Source: a virus. From it: a DNA stretch of 64,000 nucleotides. Positions 63,742-64,000 of the stretch are shown in pieces. The stretch is taken from positions 32,001 through 96,000 of the IMG/VR virus record IMGVR_UViG_3300029711_000003. One strand, written 5' to 3'. Position 1 is the first letter of the stretch; each line of letters begins with the position of its first letter. Below the pieces are notes generated by a model, which saw nothing but the letters and a program-made list of their open reading frames with translations, had not been told where the DNA came from and did not search any database. The position numbers and the translations under genes are program-made.

Positions 63742-64000
63742 ATGAAAAATTTGTATGTTGATAAAAATTCAAGAGCAGTTCAATGTTCTATCATTGGATA
63801 TGGCAAGAATTTTTCAGTTGGCGAAATTACTGATAGTGAAGTTCACGGATTCATAAGAGTGAAAAATATTGGAGAAGATATGGCGATATTCAGATATTCT
63901 AATTATAAGGATAGCGATGGAATTTATTTGTCGCCAGGTGAAACTGAATATTTCTTTGTTGATGATGACCATTCAATAGAAATAGTTCAAGGTACACTCA
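63742..64000 (+). CDS. hypothetical protein, N-terminal part (continues past the window end)
   Basis: ATG 63742 opens a frame with no stop up to base 64000 (MKNLYVDKNSRAVQCSIIGYGKNFSVGEITDSEVHGFIRVKNIGEDMAIF...). Confidence 0.45.
   Translation, partial: MKNLYVDKNSRAVQCSIIGYGKNFSVGEITDSEVHGFIRVKNIGEDMAIFRYSNYKDSDGIYLSPGETEYFFVDDDHSIEIVQGTL

Noticed and set aside
1-64000. Stop-codon reassignment (TAG or TGA recoding, as in some gut phages).
   Set aside because: TAA, TAG and TGA all terminate long ORFs exactly at tight gene junctions, with many ATGA overlaps. Large proteins such as DnaE, RNR and TerL are uninterrupted under the standard code. The single in-frame TGA at 45501 is reported as a local anomaly only.
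1-64000. CRISPR arrays, tRNA/rRNA genes, integrase/excisionase, transposases, and toxin-antitoxin or known defence systems.
   Set aside because: I found no regularly spaced repeat arrays, no cloverleaf candidates in the intergenic gaps I inspected, and no recombinase or transposase motifs in any ORF. The only mobile element I can support is the terminase intein.

Overview
The window is one contiguous segment of a large, AT-rich, tailed dsDNA phage genome. All convincing genes are on the + strand. They are tightly packed, with many ATGA or 4-20 nt start/stop overlaps, and intrinsic terminators punctuate them. I saw no rRNA, tRNA, CRISPR array, integrase or transposase.

Layout:
- 1-18.5 kb: tail and baseplate module. 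It holds the tape-measure C-terminus, an M23-peptidase tail lysin, a gpV-like spike, gp25/W-like and baseplate-J-like proteins, several large fibre/baseplate proteins, and a 928-aa fibre with an SGNH esterase domain.
- 19-42.5 kb: replication, recombination and nucleotide metabolism. It holds an SF2 helicase, DnaB-like helicase, primase, two sigma-like factors, a thymidylate-synthase-family enzyme, a DnaE-type Pol III alpha, an HD nucleotidase, a putative gp32-like SSB, a RecA/UvsX-like recombinase, Mre11/Rad50-like nuclease, a RuvC-like resolvase and a UvrD-like helicase.
- 42.6-57.5 kb: about 35 small ORFs, mostly of unknown function, plus an HU-family protein and a DnaQ-like exonuclease.
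- 57.6-64 kb: large terminase interrupted by a LAGLIDADG intein, dUTPase, a ferritin-like protein, and a ribonucleotide reductase.

Promoter-like elements resemble the Bacteroidota TTTG / TAnnTTTG architecture. A Bacteroidota host is therefore a reasonable inference, but it is unproven.

Most interesting items:
- A self-contained two-gene cassette in the fibre module that encodes a 69-aa peptide ending in CGCGCNDGCGNGCGC.
- A possible thymine-replacement (5-hmdU-type) gene set: a hydroxymethylase-like TS homologue, an HD nucleotidase, dUTPase and an HU/TF1-like protein.
- Three copies of a roughly 90-bp promoter cassette, together with two phage sigma-like factors.
- An acidic/HeH-like module shared between two highly charged proteins.
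- A ferritin-like gene coupled to the RNR gene.
- Two long non-coding regions carrying repeats and hairpins.

All functional calls come from motif recognition by eye. No database search was run.
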